Below are positions 47,550 through 57,334 of a stretch of DNA of 64,000 nt, one piece after another. The notes under the pieces are model-generated. The model was given only the letters and a program-made list of their open reading frames with translations. It was not told the origin of the DNA and made no database searches. Both the position numbers and the translations under genes were made by a program. The DNA comes from Candidatus Woesearchaeota archaeon (GTDB taxonomy: Archaea > Nanobdellota > Nanobdellia > Woesearchaeales > WJIZ01): assembly GCA_014729995.1 (NCBI GenBank), contig WJIZ01000044.1:14330-78329 (forward strand). Direction: 5' to 3'. Position 1 is the stretch's first letter; the number at the start of each line of letters is the position of its first letter.

Positions 47550-47813
47550 CTATATTATGTCTTCCTCAGATATAACCAGAAAATCGCCCACGGCTATAAC
47601 CGATGAGAAAGGAATCAAAAGTTTTCCTTCCTTATCCTTCTCAAGTTCCAATTTCTCTGTATAGGATGTAGGATTGGCTAAAACAAGATGTATCAGTTCC
47701 CCGCTTCTGGTTTCAAAGATTATGTCTCCCACTTCACCGAACTTCTTGCCTGTCTTGCTTACAACCGTCTTGCCAAGAATTTGTTTTGCAAATTTTTTAT
47801 CTTCATCAGCCAT
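47550..47813 (-). CDS. PRC-barrel domain protein
   Basis: 87 aa. ILGKTVVSKTGKKFGEVGDIIFETRSGELIHLVL fits the PRC-barrel pattern. Confidence 0.65.
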   Translation of the reverse strand: MADEDKKFAKQILGKTVVSKTGKKFGEVGDIIFETRSGELIHLVLANPTSYTEKLELEKDKEGKLLIPFSSVIAVGDFLVISEEDII

Positions 47814-48029
47814 AATTACCCACCTTGATCATGATTTTTATTAACAAAGATTAAAGACCTATATATTTAAATGTTTTGTTTTTGGCGAGTGAGTACAAAA
47901 ATGACCTTTTTAAATCATCTGACCTGTTAAAAATACTCTATAACATTCTATAAATGAAAAAAACCTATCGAATAGTTTGCGATAATCAACCACAACCTTT
48001 TAATAGATAATAAAATTTTAATAAAAAAA

Positions 48030-49109
48030 ATGGGCACACGTGAAAAACTCGAATTAATCAGGCAGGTAGGCGAAGAGATCGTAAAAGAAGATGAACTTAA
48101 GTCTGTGCTTGAAACTAAATCTAATCCAATTGCTTATGACGGATTTGAGCCTAGCGGCACTAATATCCATATAGCGCAGGGGCTTTTAAGGGCTATAAAC
48201 ATTAACAAAATGACAAAAGCAGGCTGCAAGTTCAAGATACTTGTAGCTGACTGGCATGCATGGGCCAATAACAAGATGGACGGAAATCTTGGGCATATAC
48301 AGGAAGTCGGAAAATACCTTATTGAAGTGTGGAAAGCCTGCGATATGGATCTGGATAATGTTGAGTTTGTATGGGCAAGCCATTTGGTAAAAGATGACAA
48401 CTACTGGAAAAAAGTCATGCAGGTAGCAAGAAATTCAACTGTAAAAAGAATATTAAGATGCTCCCAAATTATGGGAAGGAGCGAAAATGAAACTATGCAG
48501 GCTTCTCAGGTTCTCTATCCATGTATGCAGGCTGCAGATATTTTCCATTTGAAAGCGGATATCACCCAGCTTGGCATGGACCAGAGAAAAGTGAATATGC
48601 TGGCGAGGGAAATCGGGGAAAAGCTGGGCTATTGGAAGCCTGTGGTTGTCAGCCATCATATGCTGATGGGGCTTGGCCAGCCTCCTGCTTCCGGTCTGAA
48701 AGGCGCTGAACGCGGAATTGAGTTGAAGATGTCAAAATCAAAGCCAGATACTGCCATCTTCATGACAGATTCAGAGCAGACCATTAAAAGAAAAATAAAG
48801 AAAGCATATTGCCCTGGAGGAATAAAACAGGACAATCCAATTCTGGAATATTGCAAGTACATATTATTCGAAAGATTTGATAAACTGCTTATTGAAAGGC
48901 CTGAAAAATGGGGTGGAAATTTAGAATTCAGCTCCTATAATGAGCTGGAAGATAAATTTTCAAAAAAAGAGCTTCATCCGATGGACCTGAAAAACTCTGT
49001 TCACAAATATCTCAATGAGTTGCTTGAGCCGATAAGAAAAAAACTGGAAAAGAGCAGGACAGCTGATAAGCTGGCAGAAGAGATTAAGAATTTCAAAGTA
49101 ACCCGTTAA
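48030..49109 (+). CDS. tyrS: Tyrosine--tRNA ligase (archaeal/eukaryotic type)
   Basis: Class I motifs: GFEPSGTNIHIAQG (HIGH region) and KMSKSKP. Also QVLYPCMQAADI. Confidence 0.85.
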   Translation: MGTREKLELIRQVGEEIVKEDELKSVLETKSNPIAYDGFEPSGTNIHIAQGLLRAININKMTKAGCKFKILVADWHAWANNKMDGNLGHIQEVGKYLIEVWKACDMDLDNVEFVWASHLVKDDNYWKKVMQVARNSTVKRILRCSQIMGRSENETMQASQVLYPCMQAADIFHLKADITQLGMDQRKVNMLAREIGEKLGYWKPVVVSHHMLMGLGQPPASGLKGAERGIELKMSKSKPDTAIFMTDSEQTIKRKIKKAYCPGGIKQDNPILEYCKYILFERFDKLLIERPEKWGGNLEFSSYNELEDKFSKKELHPMDLKNSVHKYLNELLEPIRKKLEKSRTADKLAEEIKNFKVTR

Positions 49110-50324
49110 TTAATGCTGCTCAATAACAGCCATAGTATAGTTCTTTGTCAGGTATTTTCGGGCTGCTCTCAATATGTCACTTTTAGTGACTTTCTTTATC
49201 TTTTTAAGGTAACCTCTTTCAAGATCTGCAGATTGGACCATTTCCCAATAATTAAGGATATCCGCCCTTTCCTGAGTATCCTCATTATCTAATATGTACT
49301 TGCCCTCCACATAACCTATGCTTTCCCTGATTTCTTTTTCAGTCAAAGAATCCAGCCTGCTTATTTCATCTAGAATCAGCTTCTTTATCAGCATTAGGTT
49401 TTCCCTATCAGAGCTCAGGTAAATTGCAAAATACCCGAAATCGGTGCTGCACTCGTGCTGCACGCCAACTTCGTACGCTAATCCTCTCTTGTTCCTTATT
49501 TCATCAAATATCTTTCCTGACTGCCCTCTGCCGAATATAGCCTGTATTACATCCAGGACGTAAGAGTCAGGATGCAGCCTTGGAACAGTCTTATACCCGA
49601 AAACCATGTATGAGTTGCTGTTTTTTCTTTTTATACTTGTAATTTTGGGCTTGCTTGATGCCTTTTCATGAAATTCAGCAGCTTTCTGCCTCTTGCCCTG
49701 CCTGAAACTGCCAAAATATTTTTCAAGCACATCCTTGCTTGCAGGAACATCCCCTACAACAGAGATTATGGTGTTGCAGGCCGAATAATATCTATTAAAA
49801 TAGCTTATTATCTGCTTCCTGCTTATATTCGCTACATCCTCCCTCGAGCCGTACACCGGATACTTGGAAGGGTGGTTGTCATAAAGGTATCCTAAAAATA
49901 ATATCCATTGGTAATATCTGGATTCATCATTGAATATGTTTATCTCCTTCAGTATGACCTTTCTCTCTTTTTCCATGTCTTCTTGCCTGAAAAGGGGATT
50001 AATCAATATGTCGGACAGGATTTCAACAGCCTTTATAAAATGCTTTTTAGGCACTTTAATATAAAAGCTTGTCCTCACATTATTTGTAAATGCATTCAGC
50101 TCCCCGCCAAGGCTTTCGATCTCGTTGCTTATCTCCCTTGAATTTTTCCTGTTTTTCGTGCCTTCAAAAACCATGTGTTCAATAAAATGGCTTACCCCTC
50201 TTATTCCCTTTTTCTCATAATTAGAGCCTGACTTGACGCTTGCCTCTATAGTGACAGTATCAGAGTGCTTCTTTTCTTCAATAACAGTAAGCCCGTTCCT
50301 CAGAAAATACCTTGCCATGCACAT
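49110..50324 (-). CDS. M16-family (pitrilysin/insulinase-like) zinc peptidase
   Basis: Inverted zinc motif HFIEHMVFEG (HxxEH) and a downstream Glu (ELNAFT region). Confidence 0.85.
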   Translation of the reverse strand: MCMARYFLRNGLTVIEEKKHSDTVTIEASVKSGSNYEKKGIRGVSHFIEHMVFEGTKNRKNSREISNEIESLGGELNAFTNNVRTSFYIKVPKKHFIKAVEILSDILINPLFRQEDMEKERKVILKEINIFNDESRYYQWILFLGYLYDNHPSKYPVYGSREDVANISRKQIISYFNRYYSACNTIISVVGDVPASKDVLEKYFGSFRQGKRQKAAEFHEKASSKPKITSIKRKNSNSYMVFGYKTVPRLHPDSYVLDVIQAIFGRGQSGKIFDEIRNKRGLAYEVGVQHECSTDFGYFAIYLSSDRENLMLIKKLILDEISRLDSLTEKEIRESIGYVEGKYILDNEDTQERADILNYWEMVQSADLERGYLKKIKKVTKSDILRAARKYLTKNYTMAVIEQH

Positions 50325-50426
50325 CAGCCATCCTTATAATATAAAAAATTATCCCATTATGCAGGCTTGGGGTGTCAGTTTGGGCCAATAACAAGCTTTT
50401 TAAATTCTTCCGTGATAGAAAAATGC

Positions 50427-51500
50427 ATGAAGATAAAAAAGATGCAGGATTTTCTGAAAAATAACAATATCGACATAGCTTTATTCTATGCACTCTCCAA
50501 CAGTATTGACATCAATATGTATTATTTCACAGGATACAGGGGAAAGGGCTGCCTCATAATACCAAAAAATGCTGTGCCGTTTCTTCTTGTCCCACTCATG
50601 GAATATGAAAGGGCGCAAAAAAGCAGCCGTATAAAAGTGATTAAATGGGAAAAAGAAAAAAAACTCTTTGAAGCTGCTGCTCTCTGCTTAAAGAGGGATA
50701 AGATAAGGAAAATAGGCATATGCTACAGCAGCTTTACTTTGGCTGCATACAAGTCATTGAGAAAATTTTTCAGGAAAAGAAAATTCAGGGACATAACAAA
50801 GCACATTATTCAGATAAGGAAAATCAAAACCGAAAAAGAAATTTCCCTGGTAAGAAAATCAGCAGAAATAACTTCAACTGTCTTGGAAGAATGCATCAAA
50901 AAATTTAATAAATTGAAGACAGAAAAAGATGTAGAGGCTTTCTTGCATAAAGAAACTATAAACAAAGGCTGCACATTAGCTTTCCCACCTATAGTTGCAT
51001 CAGGAAGTTCATCCAGCATGCCCCACTGCGATCCTAAAAAGGTTAAGCTAAAAAAGGGGTTTTGTATAATTGACTTCGGCGTGGTATACAGGGGATATCA
51101 TTCAGACATAACAAGGACAATTCATATCGGCAGGCCTGTAAAAAAAGAGGCTGGCTATTACAGCATGCTTTTGGATGTGCAGGAAGCAGTGATAGGTTGC
51201 ATAAGCCCCGGGAAAAAATGCAAAGATATTTACGAAAAGGCAGTTCATCTATTGAAAGATTGTTCAAAAAACTTTACTCACGGTTTGGGCCACGGCATCG
51301 GCCTTCAGATACATGAGCTGCCTAACCTTACTCCAAATTCAGAAGACATAATAATGGATAACATGGCATTTACAGTAGAGCCGGGGATATACTTTCCGGG
51401 AAAATTCGGCATCAGGATAGAAGATGATATTTTGGTAGCAAAAAATAAGGTAGAGGTTCTTACAAAAGTTCCCAAAAAATTAATTATCAAGGGGAGATAA
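50427..51500 (+). CDS. M24B Xaa-Pro aminopeptidase / prolidase
   Basis: DFGVVYRGYHSDITRT, HGLGHGIGLQIHELP and FTVEPGIY pita-bread motifs. ATG at 50427 is preferred over the track start. Confidence 0.85.
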   Translation: MKIKKMQDFLKNNNIDIALFYALSNSIDINMYYFTGYRGKGCLIIPKNAVPFLLVPLMEYERAQKSSRIKVIKWEKEKKLFEAAALCLKRDKIRKIGICYSSFTLAAYKSLRKFFRKRKFRDITKHIIQIRKIKTEKEISLVRKSAEITSTVLEECIKKFNKLKTEKDVEAFLHKETINKGCTLAFPPIVASGSSSSMPHCDPKKVKLKKGFCIIDFGVVYRGYHSDITRTIHIGRPVKKEAGYYSMLLDVQEAVIGCISPGKKCKDIYEKAVHLLKDCSKNFTHGLGHGIGLQIHELPNLTPNSEDIIMDNMAFTVEPGIYFPGKFGIRIEDDILVAKNKVEVLTKVPKKLIIKGR

Positions 51501-51501
51501 T

Positions 51502-53271
51502 ATGGAAAGATATGATATGAAAAAGCTTGAAGACGCGGTAAGAACATACAGGGAAATATTCAAAAAAATAAAGGGGAAAACAGTTTTGGTGGTTTTGGAC
51601 ATAAGCCAGGCAAAAGCATTTTACTCACTGGCGCCGTTGTCAAAAGCAATCCATGAGCTGAATGCCGACATGAATGTGGCTGTAATAAAAAAGCAGTCAC
51701 CAAACCTTAATGTGCTGAAGGATGTCTGGAGCTGTCACACCAGCCTAAAGCACGGGTTAAGAAACAGGCACACAAAAGCGCTTAATGATTTCATAGCCCT
51801 TGCAGATAAGAAATGCGAAAATAATATAAGAAAGATATTCGAGCCTCCCGAGATATATCTTAATGCTTCTAAAAACAGCTTTGAAGGCTCTTTCTCCCTA
51901 CCTTACTCTGTTTCATGGTATAAAGATTACAGGAAAAAAGACCTGGAAAATACCGCAAAAATCATCTGGAAACAGGTATTCAACATAAGAAAAAATGAAA
52001 AAATCGCGATAGGTTTCGAATTGCTAAGAAAAAAGTCAGATATGGGCCTGCCAATTCAGGATTATCTTGACTCATTTCATATAAGCTATGCTATGATGTC
52101 AGCAGTAAAGGATCATGAAATATCCATGTCAGCTTCAACACCAAGGAAGTCCCAGCTCGCAGATCCAGAAAGAATATCAGAATTGAAAACAACCCTGCTG
52201 GGCTGCGAGATTTGCAAGGAAAACAGCGCAGCCGTCTTCAGGAAATTTAAGATCCTGTCTTCTCTCCTGAAGATTAACAGGCTGGGAATACCCGGCGCTG
52301 TTTTTGGGATAAGGGGGAAGGGATACTCAGGCAGGCATTATTTCGGGGAATATATTGGCTATCCCTCCAAAAACAAAAAAACAAGATGGCTCTCCCCCGA
52401 CCAGATGCTTTACAAGCTGGATTACTACCCCCAGACTGCATTGGATGACACTCCACCTAAGTCAAGAGTGGGGTTTACCGAAACTCTGCCCATAGATACT
52501 TTCATAAAAACAGGCAGTATAGACTGGTTAAAGATGCAGAAAAAAGATCAAAAAATCGTTGACATTATCTGCAAATCGCAGTATATCATGGTAGAAGGCA
52601 AAAAATTCGGAAAATACCGTACAAGATTAAAGGTAGGGATCGTTTCTCCAGGAGAAAAGAGAAGGCGTTTCCGTGGTTCAGATGTTGAAACCCGGAATTT
52701 GATAAATCCCTATTTCAGGAAAAAAGGGATATTAGCTGGAACAATGGCCAACATACCCGGAGGAGAGGCTTTCGGCACGCCCGAATATGTCAGGGGCCAG
52801 TTCATTGGTGATGTAGTTATAAGCCTTGATCAAAGCTATGTGCTTTCTGCAAAAAATCCTATCATTGTTAACTGCCGCGGAAACAATTACACAGTCATTA
52901 AGGGCCCGAAAAATATCATAACTAAATTTAAAGAAAAGAAAAAAGATGCCTGGGAGAAATTGCTAAAACAGGAAAAAGCAAGGTCTTTGCCGAAAAAAGT
53001 TATAGATATCAATAAGAAAAACTTTAATAATATAGGCGAATTCGCAATCAATACAAATCCTGAAGCAGAATTATGCAATTATCTCATTGTTAATGAAAAA
53101 ATAGCTAATATGATTCATATAGCGCTTGGCTCAGGTTTTGACGCTGACCGCGCCACATACTATCATACAGATATTGTGATAGACTCGCCAAGGCAGCAGC
53201 TCGATATATACGGTGTAAGCAGAAATGGGGAAAAGTATTGGATACATAAAAAAGGAAAATTTGTTGTTTAA
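51502..53271 (+). CDS. Expanded M29-like (aminopeptidase T/S family) protein
   Basis: The C-terminal third aligns by eye with the next gene and with M29 motifs (NIPGGEAFGTP, NIGEFAINTN, IHIALG, YHTDIVIDSP). It has about 250 extra N-terminal and inserted residues. Confidence 0.6.
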   Translation: MERYDMKKLEDAVRTYREIFKKIKGKTVLVVLDISQAKAFYSLAPLSKAIHELNADMNVAVIKKQSPNLNVLKDVWSCHTSLKHGLRNRHTKALNDFIALADKKCENNIRKIFEPPEIYLNASKNSFEGSFSLPYSVSWYKDYRKKDLENTAKIIWKQVFNIRKNEKIAIGFELLRKKSDMGLPIQDYLDSFHISYAMMSAVKDHEISMSASTPRKSQLADPERISELKTTLLGCEICKENSAAVFRKFKILSSLLKINRLGIPGAVFGIRGKGYSGRHYFGEYIGYPSKNKKTRWLSPDQMLYKLDYYPQTALDDTPPKSRVGFTETLPIDTFIKTGSIDWLKMQKKDQKIVDIICKSQYIMVEGKKFGKYRTRLKVGIVSPGEKRRRFRGSDVETRNLINPYFRKKGILAGTMANIPGGEAFGTPEYVRGQFIGDVVISLDQSYVLSAKNPIIVNCRGNNYTVIKGPKNIITKFKEKKKDAWEKLLKQEKARSLPKKVIDINKKNFNNIGEFAINTNPEAELCNYLIVNEKIANMIHIALGSGFDADRATYYHTDIVIDSPRQQLDIYGVSRNGEKYWIHKKGKFVV

Positions 53272-54238
53272 CAAGTTAGATAAGGCAGTTTCTATAATAA
53301 TAACCAAAAACCTCGGAATCAGGAAAAACGAGTCTTTATTAGTAGTCTATGATTCAAGGCAGCATGAATTAGCTAAAAAATTCAGTGAAGTAGCGTCAAA
53401 GTCATTAAAAAAAGTCGATATGTTGAAAATACCCGTAGCAAAGGTAAATGGCCAAGAGCCGCCGAAAAAAGCAGTGCATAAGTTCCTGCAGTATGATGTG
53501 CTTATATTCTTGACCACAAGGTCTTTGTCCCACACAAAAGCAAGAAGGGAAGCAACAGCGAAGGGTATAAGGATAGCATCCATGCCTGGCGTCACCCCTT
53601 CTGTGTTAAGGAGAAGTATAGATATCGATTACGATAGACTTAAAGCAACAATCAAAAAAGTTGCAGCAAGGTTGAACAAAGCCAAAAAAGTAAGGATAAA
53701 AACATCTCTCGGGACAGACATAGAATTTAGCATAACAAAAAGAAAAGCCCACGGCTTGTCTGCAGGAATCTACAATAAAAAGGGAAAATGGGGCAATCTT
53801 CCTGAAGGAGAAGTCTTTATCGCTCCGGTAGAAGGCACAGCAAATGGAATATTTGTCGTAGACGGCTCATTAGCCGGCTTTGGGAAAATAACCCATCCGT
53901 TAATCTTTTTTGTAGAAAACGGCTACGTAACAAAAATAACCAACGGCAGAAAAATACCCAGGATAAAGAAGATGCTGGACAGGGTGGGGAAAAAAGCAGG
54001 AAATATTGCCGAATTTGGAATAGGCTTCAACAGCAGGGCAAAGGTTACAGGAATAGTATTGGAGGATGAAAAAGCTGCAAAAACCTGCCATTTGGCTCTT
54101 GGAAACAACATTGGCTTCGGAGGAAAAACAGATGTTCCTTTGCATATTGACTGCGTTATAAAAAAACCAACCATGTTTCTGGACAATAAGCCTATAATTA
54201 AGAAAGGCAGGCTGAATATACAAGGCAAATATATATAA
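53225..54238 (+). CDS. M29-family aminopeptidase (AmpS/PepS-like)
   Basis: NLPEGEVFIAP, NIAEFGIGFN, CHLALG and PLHIDCV motifs. The start is uncertain: ATG 53225 overlaps the upstream gene by 47 nt, and TTG codons near 53261 are alternatives. Confidence 0.75.
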   Translation: MGKSIGYIKKENLLFNKLDKAVSIIITKNLGIRKNESLLVVYDSRQHELAKKFSEVASKSLKKVDMLKIPVAKVNGQEPPKKAVHKFLQYDVLIFLTTRSLSHTKARREATAKGIRIASMPGVTPSVLRRSIDIDYDRLKATIKKVAARLNKAKKVRIKTSLGTDIEFSITKRKAHGLSAGIYNKKGKWGNLPEGEVFIAPVEGTANGIFVVDGSLAGFGKITHPLIFFVENGYVTKITNGRKIPRIKKMLDRVGKKAGNIAEFGIGFNSRAKVTGIVLEDEKAAKTCHLALGNNIGFGGKTDVPLHIDCVIKKPTMFLDNKPIIKKGRLNIQGKYI

Positions 54239-54261
54239 AGGATTATTTATTACCGTTTTCA

Positions 54262-55404
54262 ATGGTAGCAAAAGACAAAAACATAATTGATTCTGTGCTT
54301 TACAGCTACACATCGGCTTCTAACTTTCTCGAAGAAGAAAACAAAGTATTAAAAGAAACCGTAAACAAGATGAAAGAGGAGCTGGACAGGCTGAAGCATC
54401 CCCCGCTTATGGTGTGCGAAGTCATAGACGTTATGGAAAATAACGCAGTTATAAAAATACCTAACGGCAATCAGTTCTATGTTTCGTATAACAATGATTT
54501 AAATCTTAAGGTGGGCCAAAGCGTGCTCTGTGACCAAAAAAACCTGAATATAATAAAGCCTATAGATACCTCGAAGAAATTCAATGTAGAAAAATTTGTC
54601 ATACTAGAAAAGCCAAAGGTTAAATGGAGCCAGATAGGCGGGCTTAATGAGCAGGAAAACGAGATAAAAGAAGTGATAGAACTGCCCTTAAAAAAGCCCG
54701 AATTATTCAAAAAAGTCGGCATCACTCCCCCTAAAGGCATTCTCTTGCACGGTCCGCCCGGAACAGGAAAAACTCTTTTAGCAAAGGCCGTAGCTTCTTC
54801 TACCAATTCCACATTCATAGAGGTGGTAGGCTCTGAACTGGTGCAGAAATTTATAGGAGAGGGGGCAAAGCTTGTTAAGGAGATATTTGAGCTTGCCAGA
54901 AAAAAAGCGCCTTCGATAGTATTCATAGATGAGATAGACTCATTGGCTGCAAAAAGGATGGAAGTCGGCACCTCAGGCGAAAGGGAAGCCAACAGGACAT
55001 TCATGCAGCTCCTTGCAGAAATAGACGGGTTCAAGTCATTGGATAATGTAAAGATAATAGGCGCCACTAACAGGAAAGATATACTTGACACAGCAGTGAT
55101 AAGGCCCGGAAGGTTGGATAGGCTAATACATGTGCCCACCCCCACTAAAGAAGCAAGAAAAGATATATTCGATATTCACTCGGGAAATATGAGCCTGGGC
55201 GATGAGATAGACATAAACTCGCTTATCGAAAGGATGGAGCATTTTTCAGGTGCGGAGATAAAGTCTGTATGCACAGAAGCAGGATATTTCGCTATCAGGG
55301 CAGACAGGACTGTAATAAGCAGGAAAGACTTTTTAGCAGCCATAGAAAAGGTAAAAAGGGAAGAAGAGCTCAACAAACAGGACTATATCCATATGTTCGG
55401 CTGA
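54262..55404 (+). CDS. pan: Proteasome-activating nucleotidase (PAN, AAA+ ATPase)
   Basis: N-terminal coiled coil, OB segment (PLMVCEVIDVMEN...), Walker A GPPGTGKT, Walker B FIDEID, and a single AAA module. Confidence 0.9.
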   Translation: MVAKDKNIIDSVLYSYTSASNFLEEENKVLKETVNKMKEELDRLKHPPLMVCEVIDVMENNAVIKIPNGNQFYVSYNNDLNLKVGQSVLCDQKNLNIIKPIDTSKKFNVEKFVILEKPKVKWSQIGGLNEQENEIKEVIELPLKKPELFKKVGITPPKGILLHGPPGTGKTLLAKAVASSTNSTFIEVVGSELVQKFIGEGAKLVKEIFELARKKAPSIVFIDEIDSLAAKRMEVGTSGEREANRTFMQLLAEIDGFKSLDNVKIIGATNRKDILDTAVIRPGRLDRLIHVPTPTKEARKDIFDIHSGNMSLGDEIDINSLIERMEHFSGAEIKSVCTEAGYFAIRADRTVISRKDFLAAIEKVKREEELNKQDYIHMFG

Positions 55405-55442
55405 CGCAATATATTTAAACAGTATCAATAATATTTCTTTAA

Positions 55443-57206
55443 ATGCTAATGAAAAATTTATTTTTAATAGTAATTATTTTAGCTGTAATCCTAAGCTACA
55501 GCAACATATTCAGCAATGAATTTGTCTGGGATGACATCTCATTTCTTCATGAATGGAGCGACATGAAAAACTTCAATCTTGCCCGGCTTGTTTCAGGCTC
55601 GCTGCCAAGAGGCCACGAAGGCACTTACAGGCCCGTGAGAAGCATTATAACAGCAGTAAGCTATCAGCTTTGGAAAGAAAATCCTGGCGGCTATCATGCC
55701 TTCTCGCTGTTAATTCATTTGGGCTGCACATTATTAATTTACTTCATTGTTCTTGAAATAACAAAAGAAATAAATCTGGCATTTTTCACCGGCTTACTCT
55801 TCGGCCTGCACCCCATACACACAGAAGCAGTTACTTTCATCACAGCAAGCTTCGACATAATCGGGGTCTTATTCCTGCTAATTTCGTTGTACCTGTATAT
55901 TAAAGACAAAAAGTATTATTCAATGGGCTTTGCTGCTCTTGCTTTTTTTACCTACGAAATCGCACTCGTTCTTCCTGTTCTGCTGATAGCTTATGATTAT
56001 TTCTTCAGGAAAGAAGTATATTGGAAAAGATATCTTCCTTATATTTCAATTATGCTGGCATATTTGATGATAAGGACATTTATAATAAAGGTCCCCGCCA
56101 GGGGAAGCTATCTCGGCGGAAGCCTTTATTTGACCATGCTGGCTATTTCTAAGGTAATCCTGAAATATATTTCTCTTCTCCTATTTCCGATAGGCCAGAA
56201 TGTCAACCATCTCATATCAAAGGGCATTTTCTCTTACAGCTATGCAGAAAACATGTATGGGGTTTCCGGGCAGAGTGTCTTAGATTTTCATATACTTATA
56301 TCTTTGGCAGTAATAATAATGTTGTTTTATTTTATTTACAAATTTAGAAATTCTTCTCCTAATGTCTCTTTCTCAATAGCTTTCTTCTTTATATCTTTGC
56401 TTCCTGTACTTGGGTTCCTGCCGCAAGCAATACTGCTTGCTGAAAAATACTTATATCTGGCTTCCTTTGGATTCTGTTTTTTTGTTGGTTATATTATATC
56501 ATTGTTGTATAAAAACAAGAAAACGGGCTTCGTGACATTAGTTATATTTATTTTGTTGGCGGCATCTTATTCCTTCCTGGCTATAAAGAGGAATACTGTC
56601 TGGCAGGATGAGATTTCGCTGTGGCAGGATTCCATAGGAAAAAACCCTAATGTGCTGGCTTACAACGGCCTTGGCTATGCCTACACCAAAAAAAGCAATG
56701 TAGATTTAGCAATCTATAATTATAAAAAAGCGATCAGGCTGAATCCCTACTATGCTGTAGCCCATATGAATCTCGGCCTTGCTTACATGGACAAACACAA
56801 CATATCTTTAGCAATAGAAGAATTCAAAAAAGCAGCAGAATTTGATTATTTCTTCTCTCCTGAGACTCATTTTCTCCTTGGCTCCGCATATCACGATTCA
56901 GGAAACCTCGAACTGGCAATAAGCGAATATGAAAAAGCCCTTGCTATTAATCCCGATTACGAACGTGCACTCCATGATTTGGCTGTAGCGCACAGCCAAC
57001 TTGGGAAATACGGCACAGCAATAGGATATTACAAAAAAGCCCTTACTATTAATCCCTCTAACATAGATGCTCATTACAACCTTGGCCTCTTGTATTACAA
57101 CCAAAAAAAATTCGATAAAGCGGGACAGCAGCTGCAACAGGCTTTGTCAATAAACCCTGATCATAAGAAGTCTAAAATATTGCTTGGAAGAATAGAAAAG
57201 AATTAA
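55443..57206 (+). CDS. Polytopic membrane protein with C-terminal TPR repeats (TMTC/PMT-like GT-C candidate)
   Basis: N-terminal FVWDDISFL motif in the first loop and about 10 TM segments. Then 5-6 TPR units (AIRLNPYYAVAHMNLGLAY..., ALAINPDYERALHDLAVAH...). Confidence 0.65.
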   Translation: MLMKNLFLIVIILAVILSYSNIFSNEFVWDDISFLHEWSDMKNFNLARLVSGSLPRGHEGTYRPVRSIITAVSYQLWKENPGGYHAFSLLIHLGCTLLIYFIVLEITKEINLAFFTGLLFGLHPIHTEAVTFITASFDIIGVLFLLISLYLYIKDKKYYSMGFAALAFFTYEIALVLPVLLIAYDYFFRKEVYWKRYLPYISIMLAYLMIRTFIIKVPARGSYLGGSLYLTMLAISKVILKYISLLLFPIGQNVNHLISKGIFSYSYAENMYGVSGQSVLDFHILISLAVIIMLFYFIYKFRNSSPNVSFSIAFFFISLLPVLGFLPQAILLAEKYLYLASFGFCFFVGYIISLLYKNKKTGFVTLVIFILLAASYSFLAIKRNTVWQDEISLWQDSIGKNPNVLAYNGLGYAYTKKSNVDLAIYNYKKAIRLNPYYAVAHMNLGLAYMDKHNISLAIEEFKKAAEFDYFFSPETHFLLGSAYHDSGNLELAISEYEKALAINPDYERALHDLAVAHSQLGKYGTAIGYYKKALTINPSNIDAHYNLGLLYYNQKKFDKAGQQLQQALSINPDHKKSKILLGRIEKN

Positions 57207-57334
57207 AAGCAGGTAATATTCTAATAATGTTGAAGGAAATTCCTTCAGAAGTGCAACAGCTGATAGATTAGTGAACACCCTCTGAGTGAAAGCGATGATG
57301 AACGGAAGTAACTTATCTGGGCTGCATAGTTTCT

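Noticed and set aside
54477-55145. 222-aa ORF on the - strand
   Set aside because: Antisense to the PAN AAA+ ATPase gene, whose Walker motifs unambiguously define the + frame.
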